Below the pieces are notes generated by a model. The model searched no databases. It was not told the origin of the DNA and saw nothing but the letters and a program-made list of their open reading frames with translations. From Formosa sp. Hel1_33_131 (GTDB taxonomy: Bacteria > Bacteroidota > Bacteroidia > Flavobacteriales > Flavobacteriaceae): a stretch of 32,000 bases of DNA. The stretch is from contig NZ_CP017260.1 of assembly GCF_001735745.1 (NCBI RefSeq), positions 1,410,001 to 1,442,000 on the forward strand, in the 5' to 3' direction. Of the stretch, positions 17,045 to 25,352 are shown in pieces (within the stretch, counting starts at the first letter, position 1; every line of letters begins with the position of its first letter). The position numbers were made by a program, and so were the translations under genes.

Positions 17045-17698
17045 ATGTTAGACAAAAATGGTATTGCTAAACGCATCGCACAAGAAGTCCAAAACGGATA
17101 TTATGTAAATCTTGGTATTGGGATTCCAACACTCGTTGCCAACTTTGTTCGCGAGGATATTGAAGTTGAGTTTCAAAGTGAAAATGGTGTCCTAGGGATG
17201 GGACCCTTTCCTTTTGAAGGAGAAGAAGATGCCGATCTGATCAACGCAGGAAAACAAACCATTACGACCCTTGACGGCGCTAGTTTTTTTGATTCCGCCA
17301 CCAGTTTTTCTATGATTCGTGGAAAGCATGTACACCTCACAATTTTAGGGGCGATGGAAGTTTCAGAAAATGGAGACATTGCCAATTGGAAAATCCCAGG
17401 CTATATGGTCAAAGGGATGGGCGGTGCGATGGATTTGGTTGCCAGTGCCGAAAATATTATTGTAGCGATGATGCACACCAATAAAAAAGGAGAGTCGAAG
17501 CTTCTGAAACGTTGTTCGCTTCCGTTGACGGGCGTTGGATGTGTTAAAAAAATCGTCACCAACTTAGCAGTTTTAGAAGTCACAAAAGACGGTTTTAAAC
17601 TTTTAGAACGTGCACCAGGAATTTCTGTAGAAACCATTCAAAAAGCGACCGAAGGACATCTTATTATTGATGGGGTGGTCCCGGAGATGGAGTTGTAG
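17045..17698 (+). CDS. 3-oxoacid CoA-transferase subunit B
   Basis: Contains the catalytic SENG motif (FQSENGVLGMGP) and GGAMDL. It starts 2 nt after subunit A. Confidence 0.9.
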   Translation: MLDKNGIAKRIAQEVQNGYYVNLGIGIPTLVANFVREDIEVEFQSENGVLGMGPFPFEGEEDADLINAGKQTITTLDGASFFDSATSFSMIRGKHVHLTILGAMEVSENGDIANWKIPGYMVKGMGGAMDLVASAENIIVAMMHTNKKGESKLLKRCSLPLTGVGCVKKIVTNLAVLEVTKDGFKLLERAPGISVETIQKATEGHLIIDGVVPEMEL

Positions 17699-17780
17699 GT
17701 TATTTGGAGTTAGATTGAATTACGATGATGAAAATAAAACGTCTAGTAATAATCCAAACATTATTTTTGATGTAGTTTTA

Positions 17781-17797
17781 TTATATTTACAATATAA
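17781..17797. promoter_or_regulatory. 7-3-7 inverted repeat upstream of the antitoxin gene (possible autoregulatory operator)
   Basis: ttatatt-tac-aatataa, 14 nt upstream of the ATG at 17811. It is AT-only, so its statistical weight is low. Confidence 0.2.
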
Positions 17798-17810
17798 ATA
17801 GTTTTTGATT

Positions 17811-18041
17811 ATGACACATATAGAAGAAATTAGACAAAGTATTATAGATAAACTACTCTCGATTAACAGTGAAGAGTTACTATCTGCATTTAATAAGATT
17901 TTAGAATCAAAATCGGAAGATTTCATACAATTAACAAAAGAGCAGAAAGAGATGTTGCAAATGGGTAAAGATGATATTGTTAATGGGCGCATGATTCCAC
18001 AATCTGAGGTTGATAAAATGGATGCTGAATGGCTAGGCTAG
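17811..18041 (+). CDS. putative type II antitoxin (addiction-module-component-like)
   Basis: 76-aa acidic ORF directly upstream of, and overlapping by 13 nt, a ParE/RelE-like reading frame. The C-terminal LTKEQKEMLQMGKDDIVNGRMIPQSEVDKMDAEWL resembles addiction-module antitoxins. The track start at 17805 is a TTG. Confidence 0.55.
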   Translation: MTHIEEIRQSIIDKLLSINSEELLSAFNKILESKSEDFIQLTKEQKEMLQMGKDDIVNGRMIPQSEVDKMDAEWLG

Positions 18042-18339
18042 AATTGTTTTGGACAGAAACTGCTTTAAAACAACGTACAGATACATTCAAGTTTTGGAAA
18101 AAAAAAACAATAGTAACTTATATTCTAAACGACTTTCACGGGAGATAAAAGACCGAGCAAATAGATTACTAATTTTTCCGGAAATGGGTAAAAAAGTTGA
18201 CTTTGAGAATATTAGAGTCATTTCTATTGAACATTTTAGTTTGTTCTATGAAATAGCTAAAAATAAAATTATCATAATTTCTTTTTGGGATAATAGAAGA
18301 AATCCTAAAAAATTATTGAAGCTATTAAGAAATAACTAA
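18029..18339 (+). pseudogene. ParE/RelE-family toxin gene interrupted by a frameshift in an A10 run
   Basis: The ATG at 18029 gives MARLELFWTETALKQRTDTFKFWKKK in frame 2, which then runs to a stop at 18146-18148. After the A-run, frame 1 (track ORF 18049-18339) continues NNSNLYSKRLSREIKDRANRLLIFPEMGKK...IIIISFWDNRRNPKKLL, a typical ParE/RelE C-terminus. One extra A (A11) would fuse them into one ~103-aa toxin. Confidence 0.65.
18098..18107 (+). repeat. A10 homopolymer at the toxin frameshift site
   Basis: Counted directly: ggaaaaaaaaaac, with ten A residues at 18098-18107. Confidence 0.9.
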
Positions 18340-18619
18340 GACATTATTTTTATAGCATCGTTTAACTCAAAAGCCTCCCATAATACTTACACTCATACAT
18401 AAATTTAATATTATTAATTATGATTTTAAATATGGCTACTCACAAGGCTTCATTTTTAAGTGCTGAAAACAAAGCGTATAGAAATAATTCAGAGGTTATT
18501 TTTGATGTAATTTTCTAGAACATCAGCTTTTTAACAATACATTTGAAATATAGAAGAACACTACATGACGATTTTCCACCTCAACAACGTCTCTACACAC
18601 AAGGCGTTTCCAAAACCGC

Positions 18620-18637
18620 TTAAGACACCTGTCTTAA
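18620..18637. promoter_or_regulatory. 18-bp palindrome in the SusC leader region (candidate regulator site)
   Basis: ttaagaca-cc-tgtcttaa is a perfect 8-2-8 palindrome, 150 nt upstream of the SusC-like ATG. Confidence 0.2.
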
Positions 18638-18786
18638 ATTTTAAGTACCTTTCATTCAGTATTTTAGATTCAATTATCTTTACCAATTGAAGTTTTTTTC
18701 TCGTTGTATATTTTTTGTATAGGTAAAAATTTACACAACACAATGATTCCTATGTAGATTTATTGCAACCTAAAACTAAACTACTT

Positions 18787-21700
18787 ATGAGGAAAATGTT
18801 CTTAAAAATCCTAGCACTGTTTTTTGTGGCTTTTACGAGCGCACAAACTATAGATGTTAGTGGAAATGTAAATGACAATGCGGGGATTCCCATCCCTGGT
18901 GCAAATGTTATTGTGAAAAACACGAGTAAGGGAGCGATTACCGATTTTGATGGTAATTTTATTATCTCGGGTGTTGAAATTGGTTCAACAATTACGGTCA
19001 GTTATATTGGATATATAACCAAAGAAATTGTGGTAACCGATAATTCAAAATTGACAATTCAATTAGAAGAAGACTTGGCGCAACTAGACGAAATCGTTGT
19101 GATTGGTTATGGAACGCAGAGGAAAAAAGAAGTCACAGGCGCCGTGAGCGTTGTGTCTAATGCTACAATTGAAAAGCTGAAGCCAACGCGTATTGAGCAA
19201 GCCTTACAAGGTCAAGTGGCCGGTGTAAATATTACTACCAATTCAGGGTCTCCTGGAGGGGCTTCAACAATAAGTATTAGAGGGGTCTCCACTAACGGTG
19301 ATAGCCGCCCATTAATTTTAGTCGATGGAAATGTTGTGGAAGACCTGAGTGTTATAAATCCGAATGACATTGAAAGCATGAACATCCTTAAAGATGCGAC
19401 TGCAGGGATTTATGGAGTAAGGGCTGCAAATGGAGTGATTCTAATAACCACTAAAACTGGGCGTAAAAATATGCCTTTGAAAGTTGAATACAGTGCTTAT
19501 ACGGGGTTTCAAGAAACGACTCGAAAAATACCTGTATTAAATGCGACGGAGTATGCCTTCATAGTGAATGAAGCTTATGCCAATGGGGGGAGTACACCAC
19601 CATTTACTGATATATCTGACTTTGGAGTTGGTACCAATTGGCAAGATGAGGTCTTTCAATCAGCCGCGATACACAATCACAATATTGCATTTAAAGGAGG
19701 TACAGAAAAGTCGTCTTATTCTTATAGTGGTTCATTTTTAACACAAGATGGAATTGTTGGAGGGAGTAAATCCAATTTTACCCGTTTCACAAACAGTGCA
19801 AGCTATAATTTAGACTTCTTAGACAATTTTAAATTTAAGTCTGGGATTACTTTAACAAGGACTAATAAACGAAACCTCATAGAAAACACTTTAGGGTCTG
19901 TCCTTTTTAACGCCTTAAACATGGCACCCAATTTATCGGTAAGAGATGAAAATGGCGACTATTCCTTAGCCGACGGTTTAGGGGCTGAGGTCATTAATCC
20001 CCTCGCTCAAATGGAGAACACATACAATCGAACCAAGGTGATGAAAATTTTGGGGTTTGGAGGATTGTCCTATGATTTTTTAGATCATTTTACGGCATCT
20101 GCAAACATTCAATTTAGCTATGCTGAAGTAGAAAATAAAATATTTGATCCAATTGACAATTATGGTATAGGAAAAGTTTTTAATACCCAGAGAAGTATCG
20201 TTCAAGAGCTTTTGGACTTCTATCATGATTACACCTTCGATGCCTTTGTAAAGTACGAAAATACGTTTAACGATGTACATAAATTAAATGTCCTTCTAGG
20301 AACGTCTATTAATAAAACTACAGGTGAGCTTACAGGTAAAATAGGCTTTGAAATTATTGATAATAACATTGCAAATGCAAACATCAACCAAGCTATTGAT
20401 GTTGAAGATAGATTTAAAGACCTAGGACGAAACGTAACGTTTGACTCCAGATTATTATCTTATTTTACGAGAGTGCAATACGATTATAAAGGCAAGTATT
20501 TATTCTCAGCTGTACTGCGTAGAGATGGGTCCACAAAGTTTGGTCCAGAGAATAAGTTTGGATATTTTCCTTCCGCATCCATTGGTTGGGTTGCGTCCGA
20601 TGAAGAATTCATGGGCGAAAACAACTTTTTTGATTTATTAAAAGTGAGAGCCTCTTATGGAGTTTTAGGAAATGACAGAATTCCAAATTTCAGATACACA
20701 TCCTTATTGAACGGAGAGGGCGTTTATTTTTTTAATAATCAAGAATATATAGGAACTGCTAGCGGCCCCATATCGAATCCAGCAATTAAGTGGGAAAAAC
20801 AAAAAACCTTGGATATAGGATTGGATCTGCGATTTTTAAATGGAAAAGTGGACATTACAACCGATTATTTTAAAAGAAGAACAGAAGATTTGTTGGTACA
20901 ATCTCAAGTCTCAGGACTGTTAGGGACTGGAGCAGCTCCGGTTGTAAATGCTGGAATCGTTGAAAACGAAGGTATTGAATTTGCTGTCGGGTACTCAGAC
21001 AATTTTAGTGAAGATTTTAAATTCAATATCAAATACAATGTGACGGCCATAAAAAATGAAGTGGTTTCTGTAAGTGGAGAAGGTGAATATCTTGAAGGGG
21101 GCTTTTTTGGAATATCGCAACCCGCTATATCAAGAATGGAAGCAGGATTCCCGTTGGGTTATTTTATTGGATACCAAACAGACGGAATTTTTCAAACACA
21201 AGCCGAAATAAACAATTCAGCTGTGACCGCTGTGGCACCGCAACCTGGAGATTTTAAGTTTGTAGATCAAAATGGAGATGGCGTTATTAATTTAGATGAT
21301 AGAGTCGATTTAGGGAATCCCTTGCCCGTGGCAACGATGGGACTTAATATATCGTTCGATTATAAGAATTGGGATTTTGCAGCTTACACCTTTGCATCCT
21401 TAGGAAATGAGATCGTCCGTAATTACGAACGGAATCAGCAATTGGTAAATAAACCCAATACGTATTTAGACCGTTGGACGGGCCCAGGCACCAGCAATAG
21501 CTCACCTAGAGTCACAACGGGAGCAACTTCAAACACCTCTTTTTCTGATTTTTATGTAGAAGATGGTTCGTTTGTTCGCCTACAGAATGCCCAAATAGGC
21601 TACACGTTTACGAGTAATGACGAAACCACGAAGCTAGACAAGCTCCGAATCTATATATCCGGAAGCAATTTGCTGACATTGACCAAGTACAGTGGTTACG

Positions 21701-21801
21701 ATCCAACTGCTGGTACAGGAGCCCCTATTGGAGGCGGAATCGACCAGGGGTTTTACCCAACTGCTCGCACAATTTTATTAGGTGTTAACGTAAAATTTTA
21801 A
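18787..21801 (+). CDS. SusC/RagA-family TonB-dependent outer-membrane transporter
   Basis: Signal peptide, N-terminal carboxypeptidase-regulatory-like domain (VSGNVNDNAGIPIPGANVIVKNT), TonB-box region (DEIVVIGYGTQRKKEVTGAV), plug, and a C-terminal barrel ending in F. There is no STN domain. The ATG at 18787 is preferred over the TTG at 18763. Confidence 0.93.
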   Translation: MRKMFLKILALFFVAFTSAQTIDVSGNVNDNAGIPIPGANVIVKNTSKGAITDFDGNFIISGVEIGSTITVSYIGYITKEIVVTDNSKLTIQLEEDLAQLDEIVVIGYGTQRKKEVTGAVSVVSNATIEKLKPTRIEQALQGQVAGVNITTNSGSPGGASTISIRGVSTNGDSRPLILVDGNVVEDLSVINPNDIESMNILKDATAGIYGVRAANGVILITTKTGRKNMPLKVEYSAYTGFQETTRKIPVLNATEYAFIVNEAYANGGSTPPFTDISDFGVGTNWQDEVFQSAAIHNHNIAFKGGTEKSSYSYSGSFLTQDGIVGGSKSNFTRFTNSASYNLDFLDNFKFKSGITLTRTNKRNLIENTLGSVLFNALNMAPNLSVRDENGDYSLADGLGAEVINPLAQMENTYNRTKVMKILGFGGLSYDFLDHFTASANIQFSYAEVENKIFDPIDNYGIGKVFNTQRSIVQELLDFYHDYTFDAFVKYENTFNDVHKLNVLLGTSINKTTGELTGKIGFEIIDNNIANANINQAIDVEDRFKDLGRNVTFDSRLLSYFTRVQYDYKGKYLFSAVLRRDGSTKFGPENKFGYFPSASIGWVASDEEFMGENNFFDLLKVRASYGVLGNDRIPNFRYTSLLNGEGVYFFNNQEYIGTASGPISNPAIKWEKQKTLDIGLDLRFLNGKVDITTDYFKRRTEDLLVQSQVSGLLGTGAAPVVNAGIVENEGIEFAVGYSDNFSEDFKFNIKYNVTAIKNEVVSVSGEGEYLEGGFFGISQPAISRMEAGFPLGYFIGYQTDGIFQTQAEINNSAVTAVAPQPGDFKFVDQNGDGVINLDDRVDLGNPLPVATMGLNISFDYKNWDFAAYTFASLGNEIVRNYERNQQLVNKPNTYLDRWTGPGTSNSSPRVTTGATSNTSFSDFYVEDGSFVRLQNAQIGYTFTSNDETTKLDKLRIYISGSNLLTLTKYSGYDPTAGTGAPIGGGIDQGFYPTARTILLGVNVKF

Positions 21802-21810
21802 TTAATAATT

Positions 21811-23295
21811 ATGAAAAATTTAAAAATTATTTATAGCCTCTTTACAATTTTTATCATGCTTTCTTGCAGTGATGATTTTGTAAATGTGGACCCACAAGAC
21901 CCAAGTTCTGAATCCTTTTTTAACTCAGAACAAGATTATCAAGATGCACTAGTTGCAGCCTATGACTACTTACAAACAACCTCAAAATTTGTTCAATTTG
22001 CAGAAATAGCATCAGACAATACCTTGTGTGGAGGCGAAAGCGCAATAGACTCTCCTTACATTCAGCAAATTGATGATATGATTCATTCTGCTGTTGGTCA
22101 GGGGGATGGAGGATTACGGACCATGTGGCAATGGATGTATGAAGCCGTCAACCGTTGTAATTATATTATGGAGTTTCAAGACAAAACAGATTTTCCAAAT
22201 AAAACAAGTGTCATTGCTCAAACGAGGTTTTTAAGAGCTTACTATAATTTCATCTTGGTAAAATGGTGGGGCGATGTCCCTATGTTGGTTGATCAGCGCA
22301 TCCGACTTGGAGGTCAATACACTATTGACCGAACACCAAAAGCAGAAGTTTATGCATTAATTGAACAAGATTTAATTTTTGCGGCTGCCAACCTGCCCTA
22401 TGTTCAAAGTCAAACTGGGAGAGCGACCAAAGGTGCTGCCGAAGCATTGTTAGGGAAAGCCTATTTGTATCAAGATAAATTTACGGATGCAGCTACAGTC
22501 TTAGAAAGTTTGATTAACAATGGACCACATCGATTATTGACCCCTACAGAATATCCTAATATGTTTGAACGTGATTGGGAAAACAATATAGAATCAGTTT
22601 TCGAGGTTCAGTACTCTGATGTTGATGGCGGAAGCTTTGACTGTTTCCAATGTCTTGAAGGGAATTACGCTTCATATTTTAATGGGCCAAGAGGATTTGT
22701 AGATTCTACTGGAAAATTTGATGCTGGCTATAGTTTTAACGTGCCAACTCAAGAAGTTGTTGACGCTTTTGAAGCCGGAGATCTTCGTTTAGAAACATCA
22801 ATTTTAGACATTCAACAATATATAGCAAATAACCCAGGGTCTTCTTATGCTGCAAATCAAGGGTATGAACAAACAGGTTATTTTAATAGAAAAATAATGG
22901 CTAGAAAAGGGGACTTAAACATAGGAGATGCCGCGCTTACAAACCCTGATAATTACCGAGCCATTAGATATGCAGATGTGTTATTAATGGCAGCAGAAGC
23001 TTTAAACAGAGGAAGTATTAGTGACGCCAGAGCCTTGGGCTATTTAAATGAAGTTCGCACTAGAGCTATGTTACCTGATGCTGCATCATCAGGATCTAAT
23101 CTTACCAATGACATTTACAAAGAACGTCGCGTAGAGTTAGTAGGCGAAGGACACCGTTTCTTTGATTTGGTAAGAACAGGGAGAGCAGCTGCAGAAATCG
23201 ATGGATTCCAAGCTGGAAAAAATGAACTTTTCCCAATCCCTATTGAAGAGATCGTATTGTCTGGAAATCGATGGGATAATAATCCAGGATATTAA
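21811..23295 (+). CDS. SusD/RagB-family nutrient-binding outer-membrane lipoprotein
   Basis: Lipobox (IMLSCSDD), SusD-like TPR-rich body (RFLRAYYNF..WGDVP; RRVELVGEGHRFFDL; FPIP), and a position 9 nt after the SusC-like gene. Confidence 0.9.
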   Translation: MKNLKIIYSLFTIFIMLSCSDDFVNVDPQDPSSESFFNSEQDYQDALVAAYDYLQTTSKFVQFAEIASDNTLCGGESAIDSPYIQQIDDMIHSAVGQGDGGLRTMWQWMYEAVNRCNYIMEFQDKTDFPNKTSVIAQTRFLRAYYNFILVKWWGDVPMLVDQRIRLGGQYTIDRTPKAEVYALIEQDLIFAAANLPYVQSQTGRATKGAAEALLGKAYLYQDKFTDAATVLESLINNGPHRLLTPTEYPNMFERDWENNIESVFEVQYSDVDGGSFDCFQCLEGNYASYFNGPRGFVDSTGKFDAGYSFNVPTQEVVDAFEAGDLRLETSILDIQQYIANNPGSSYAANQGYEQTGYFNRKIMARKGDLNIGDAALTNPDNYRAIRYADVLLMAAEALNRGSISDARALGYLNEVRTRAMLPDAASSGSNLTNDIYKERRVELVGEGHRFFDLVRTGRAAAEIDGFQAGKNELFPIPIEEIVLSGNRWDNNPGY

Positions 23296-23314
23296 AATTT
23301 AAAAAATAATAAAT

Positions 23315-25327
23315 ATGAAAATATTAAAATATATACTTAGTTTAACTTTAGTCCTCGGTATAGGTTGCGCTAAAGACGATAATGATTTGAGCTATCTTGA
23401 TAAGGTGGCAGCACCAACCAATGTGTCTGCCCAGTTTCTCATCACTCAAGACAACACAGGATTGGTGACAATAACACCTAATTCTGATGGAGGCGTTTTC
23501 TACAACATCACCCTTGGAGATGCTACAACAGAGCCTGTAACTGTTGACCAAGGAGAAAACATTGAGAATACGTATGCCGAAGGCACATATACGATTACCA
23601 CTGAAGCCGTGGGTATTACGGGACTAAAAACCTTGGTTTCGCAAGAACTCGTTGTTTCGTTTCGAGCCCCAGAGAATTTAGTAATCACTGCCGACATAGA
23701 TGCTTCTAACCCATTTGCAGTAAATGTATCTGCAACCGCGGATTATGCAGCATCGTTTTTGGTGTACTTTGACACCTCAAATACAGCTGAAGTTCCAACA
23801 CCTTTGATGTTAGACGGCACAGTAAGTTTTGAATACCCTTTAGTAGGCGACTATACACTTAAAGTGGTCGCTTTAAGTGGTGGTACAGAAGTCACTGAGG
23901 CAACAGAAATTGTTACAATCTCTACACCAACCCAACTTCCTATTGATTTTGAAATTTTTGATTCTACGACCTATATTGGTTTTGGTGGCGCTTCAGCAGC
24001 TGTTGTAGATAATCCAGACCCTAATGGAAACATTTCGTCTAAAGTAGGTCAAGTTATTAAAGGAACTCCAGAACCTTGGGCCGGAAATGTGATTACGACC
24101 TCTGCACCGATAGACTTTAGTACTAAAAAAATAATTAAGCTAGATGTATGGTCGCCACGACCAGGTGGAAAGCTGTTGTTTAAAATTGAAGATTTAGATG
24201 ATACGACTTCAAATATATTCATTGAAAAAGAAGTGACTCTCGTAGGAAATAGTGCTTGGGAAGAAGTTTTAATTGATTTTAGCGATATTGATGTCTCACA
24301 ATCGTATCAAAAATTAGTATGGTTCTTTGATATTGGAACTGTGGGAGATGGAAGTGCAGATTGGACTTTTTATGTAGATAATATTAAACAAGTTGCACCA
24401 GGCCCATCCGTATTTCCAATAAATTTTGAACCTCCTTATCAATTAAGTTCATTCGATGGAGGAGAAATATCAGTTGTAGCTAATCCAGATACAAATGGCA
24501 ACGCATCAAGCACCGTTGCACAATTGATAAAAGGAGCAGGGCAAACATGGGCGGGCTCAAAAATCACAATTGACAATCCATTTAGCTTACAAGAAAACTT
24601 AACAGTCACTGCAAAAGTATGGTCTCCAAGAGTAGGTTTAAATTTACTAATGAAGTTTGAAGATGCACAAGCATGGCCCAACACAATTGCAACCGATGAA
24701 ATCACTGCGACGACTACGGTAGCGAATGCTTGGGAAGAATTAACATTTGTAATAACAGGAGTAGGTCCAACTGTGGATTACTTTAATCTTGTATTCATAA
24801 TGGACAATGGGACGAGTGGTGACGGATCAGATAACTTTAAGATTTTTGTCGATGATATTTCTGTTGTTTCGTTTTTAGATTTTGAAGCACTTCAAGAATT
24901 AAGTTCATTTGATGGAGGAGAAATATCAGTTGTAGCTAATCCAGATACAAATGGCAACGCATCAGGAATGGTGGCTAAAATGGTCAAAGGAACAGGACAA
25001 ACTTGGGCGGGTTCTAAAATCACTATAGACACCCCTTTCCCTATTGTTAATTCAACCACAATAACTTTAAAAGTATGGTCTCCAAGAGTAGGTTTAAAAT
25101 TACTACTAAAGTTTGAAGATGCACAAGCTTGGCCTAACACAGTTGCAACCGATGAAATCACTGCGACGACTACAGTAGCGAATGCATGGGAAGAATTAAC
25201 ATTTGTACTTACAGGAGTAAATCCAACTGTGGATTACTTAAACCTCGTATTAATAATGGACAACGGGACTAATGGAGATGGATCTGCAGATTATACCATA
25301 TATGTGGATGACATTTCAAATAATTAA
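23315..25327 (+). CDS. surface lipoprotein with 2 Ig-like modules plus 3 tandem beta-sandwich (CBM-like) modules; candidate surface glycan-binding protein
   Basis: Lipobox (LGIGCAKDD) and a position right after the SusD-like gene. Two ~85-aa modules start AP(T/E)N. Three ~150-aa modules share W(A)G..IT...P(I/F)......(I/V).(L/A)(D/K)VWSPR.G..LL.K.ED....W.E..(I/F).....YVD(D/N)I. Confidence 0.8.
   Translation: MKILKYILSLTLVLGIGCAKDDNDLSYLDKVAAPTNVSAQFLITQDNTGLVTITPNSDGGVFYNITLGDATTEPVTVDQGENIENTYAEGTYTITTEAVGITGLKTLVSQELVVSFRAPENLVITADIDASNPFAVNVSATADYAASFLVYFDTSNTAEVPTPLMLDGTVSFEYPLVGDYTLKVVALSGGTEVTEATEIVTISTPTQLPIDFEIFDSTTYIGFGGASAAVVDNPDPNGNISSKVGQVIKGTPEPWAGNVITTSAPIDFSTKKIIKLDVWSPRPGGKLLFKIEDLDDTTSNIFIEKEVTLVGNSAWEEVLIDFSDIDVSQSYQKLVWFFDIGTVGDGSADWTFYVDNIKQVAPGPSVFPINFEPPYQLSSFDGGEISVVANPDTNGNASSTVAQLIKGAGQTWAGSKITIDNPFSLQENLTVTAKVWSPRVGLNLLMKFEDAQAWPNTIATDEITATTTVANAWEELTFVITGVGPTVDYFNLVFIMDNGTSGDGSDNFKIFVDDISVVSFLDFEALQELSSFDGGEISVVANPDTNGNASGMVAKMVKGTGQTWAGSKITIDTPFPIVNSTTITLKVWSPRVGLKLLLKFEDAQAWPNTVATDEITATTTVANAWEELTFVLTGVNPTVDYLNLVLIMDNGTNGDGSADYTIYVDDISNN
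23936..25324 (+). repeat. three tandem in-frame modules (23936-24412, 24413-24871, 24872-25324); the last two are near-identical
   Basis: Copies 2 and 3 are offset by 456-459 nt and share runs such as a 54-nt identical stretch (gatggaggagaaatatcagttgtagctaatccagatacaaatggcaacgcatca). The antisense track ORFs 24439-24705 and 24892-25161 mirror each other. Copy 1 is similar only at protein level. Confidence 0.9.
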
Positions 25328-25352
25328 ATTCAAATTTTTAAAATAAAGAATT

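Noticed and set aside
17720-17992. Minus-strand ORF 17720-17992 opposite the antitoxin gene.
   Set aside because: It has a low-complexity S/I/L-rich translation in very AT-rich DNA. The plus-strand antitoxin reading, with a 13-nt overlap onto the toxin ATG, explains the region better.
18503-18525. Hairpin tgatgt-(11 nt)-acatca followed by gcttttt, downstream of the TA module.
   Set aside because: It has a 6-bp AT-rich stem with a large loop and lies 165 nt past the stop codon. That is too weak to call a terminator.
18561-18743. 60-aa minus-strand ORF in the SusC leader.
   Set aside because: There is no recognisable motif, it sits at the size cut-off in AT-rich DNA, and it lies where the SusC promoter must be. 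It is probably spurious.
24439-25161. Two near-identical antisense ORFs (24439-24705 and 24892-25161) that could be mistaken for duplicated small genes.
   Set aside because: They are the antisense shadow of the in-frame tandem duplication within the 23315-25327 lipoprotein gene.
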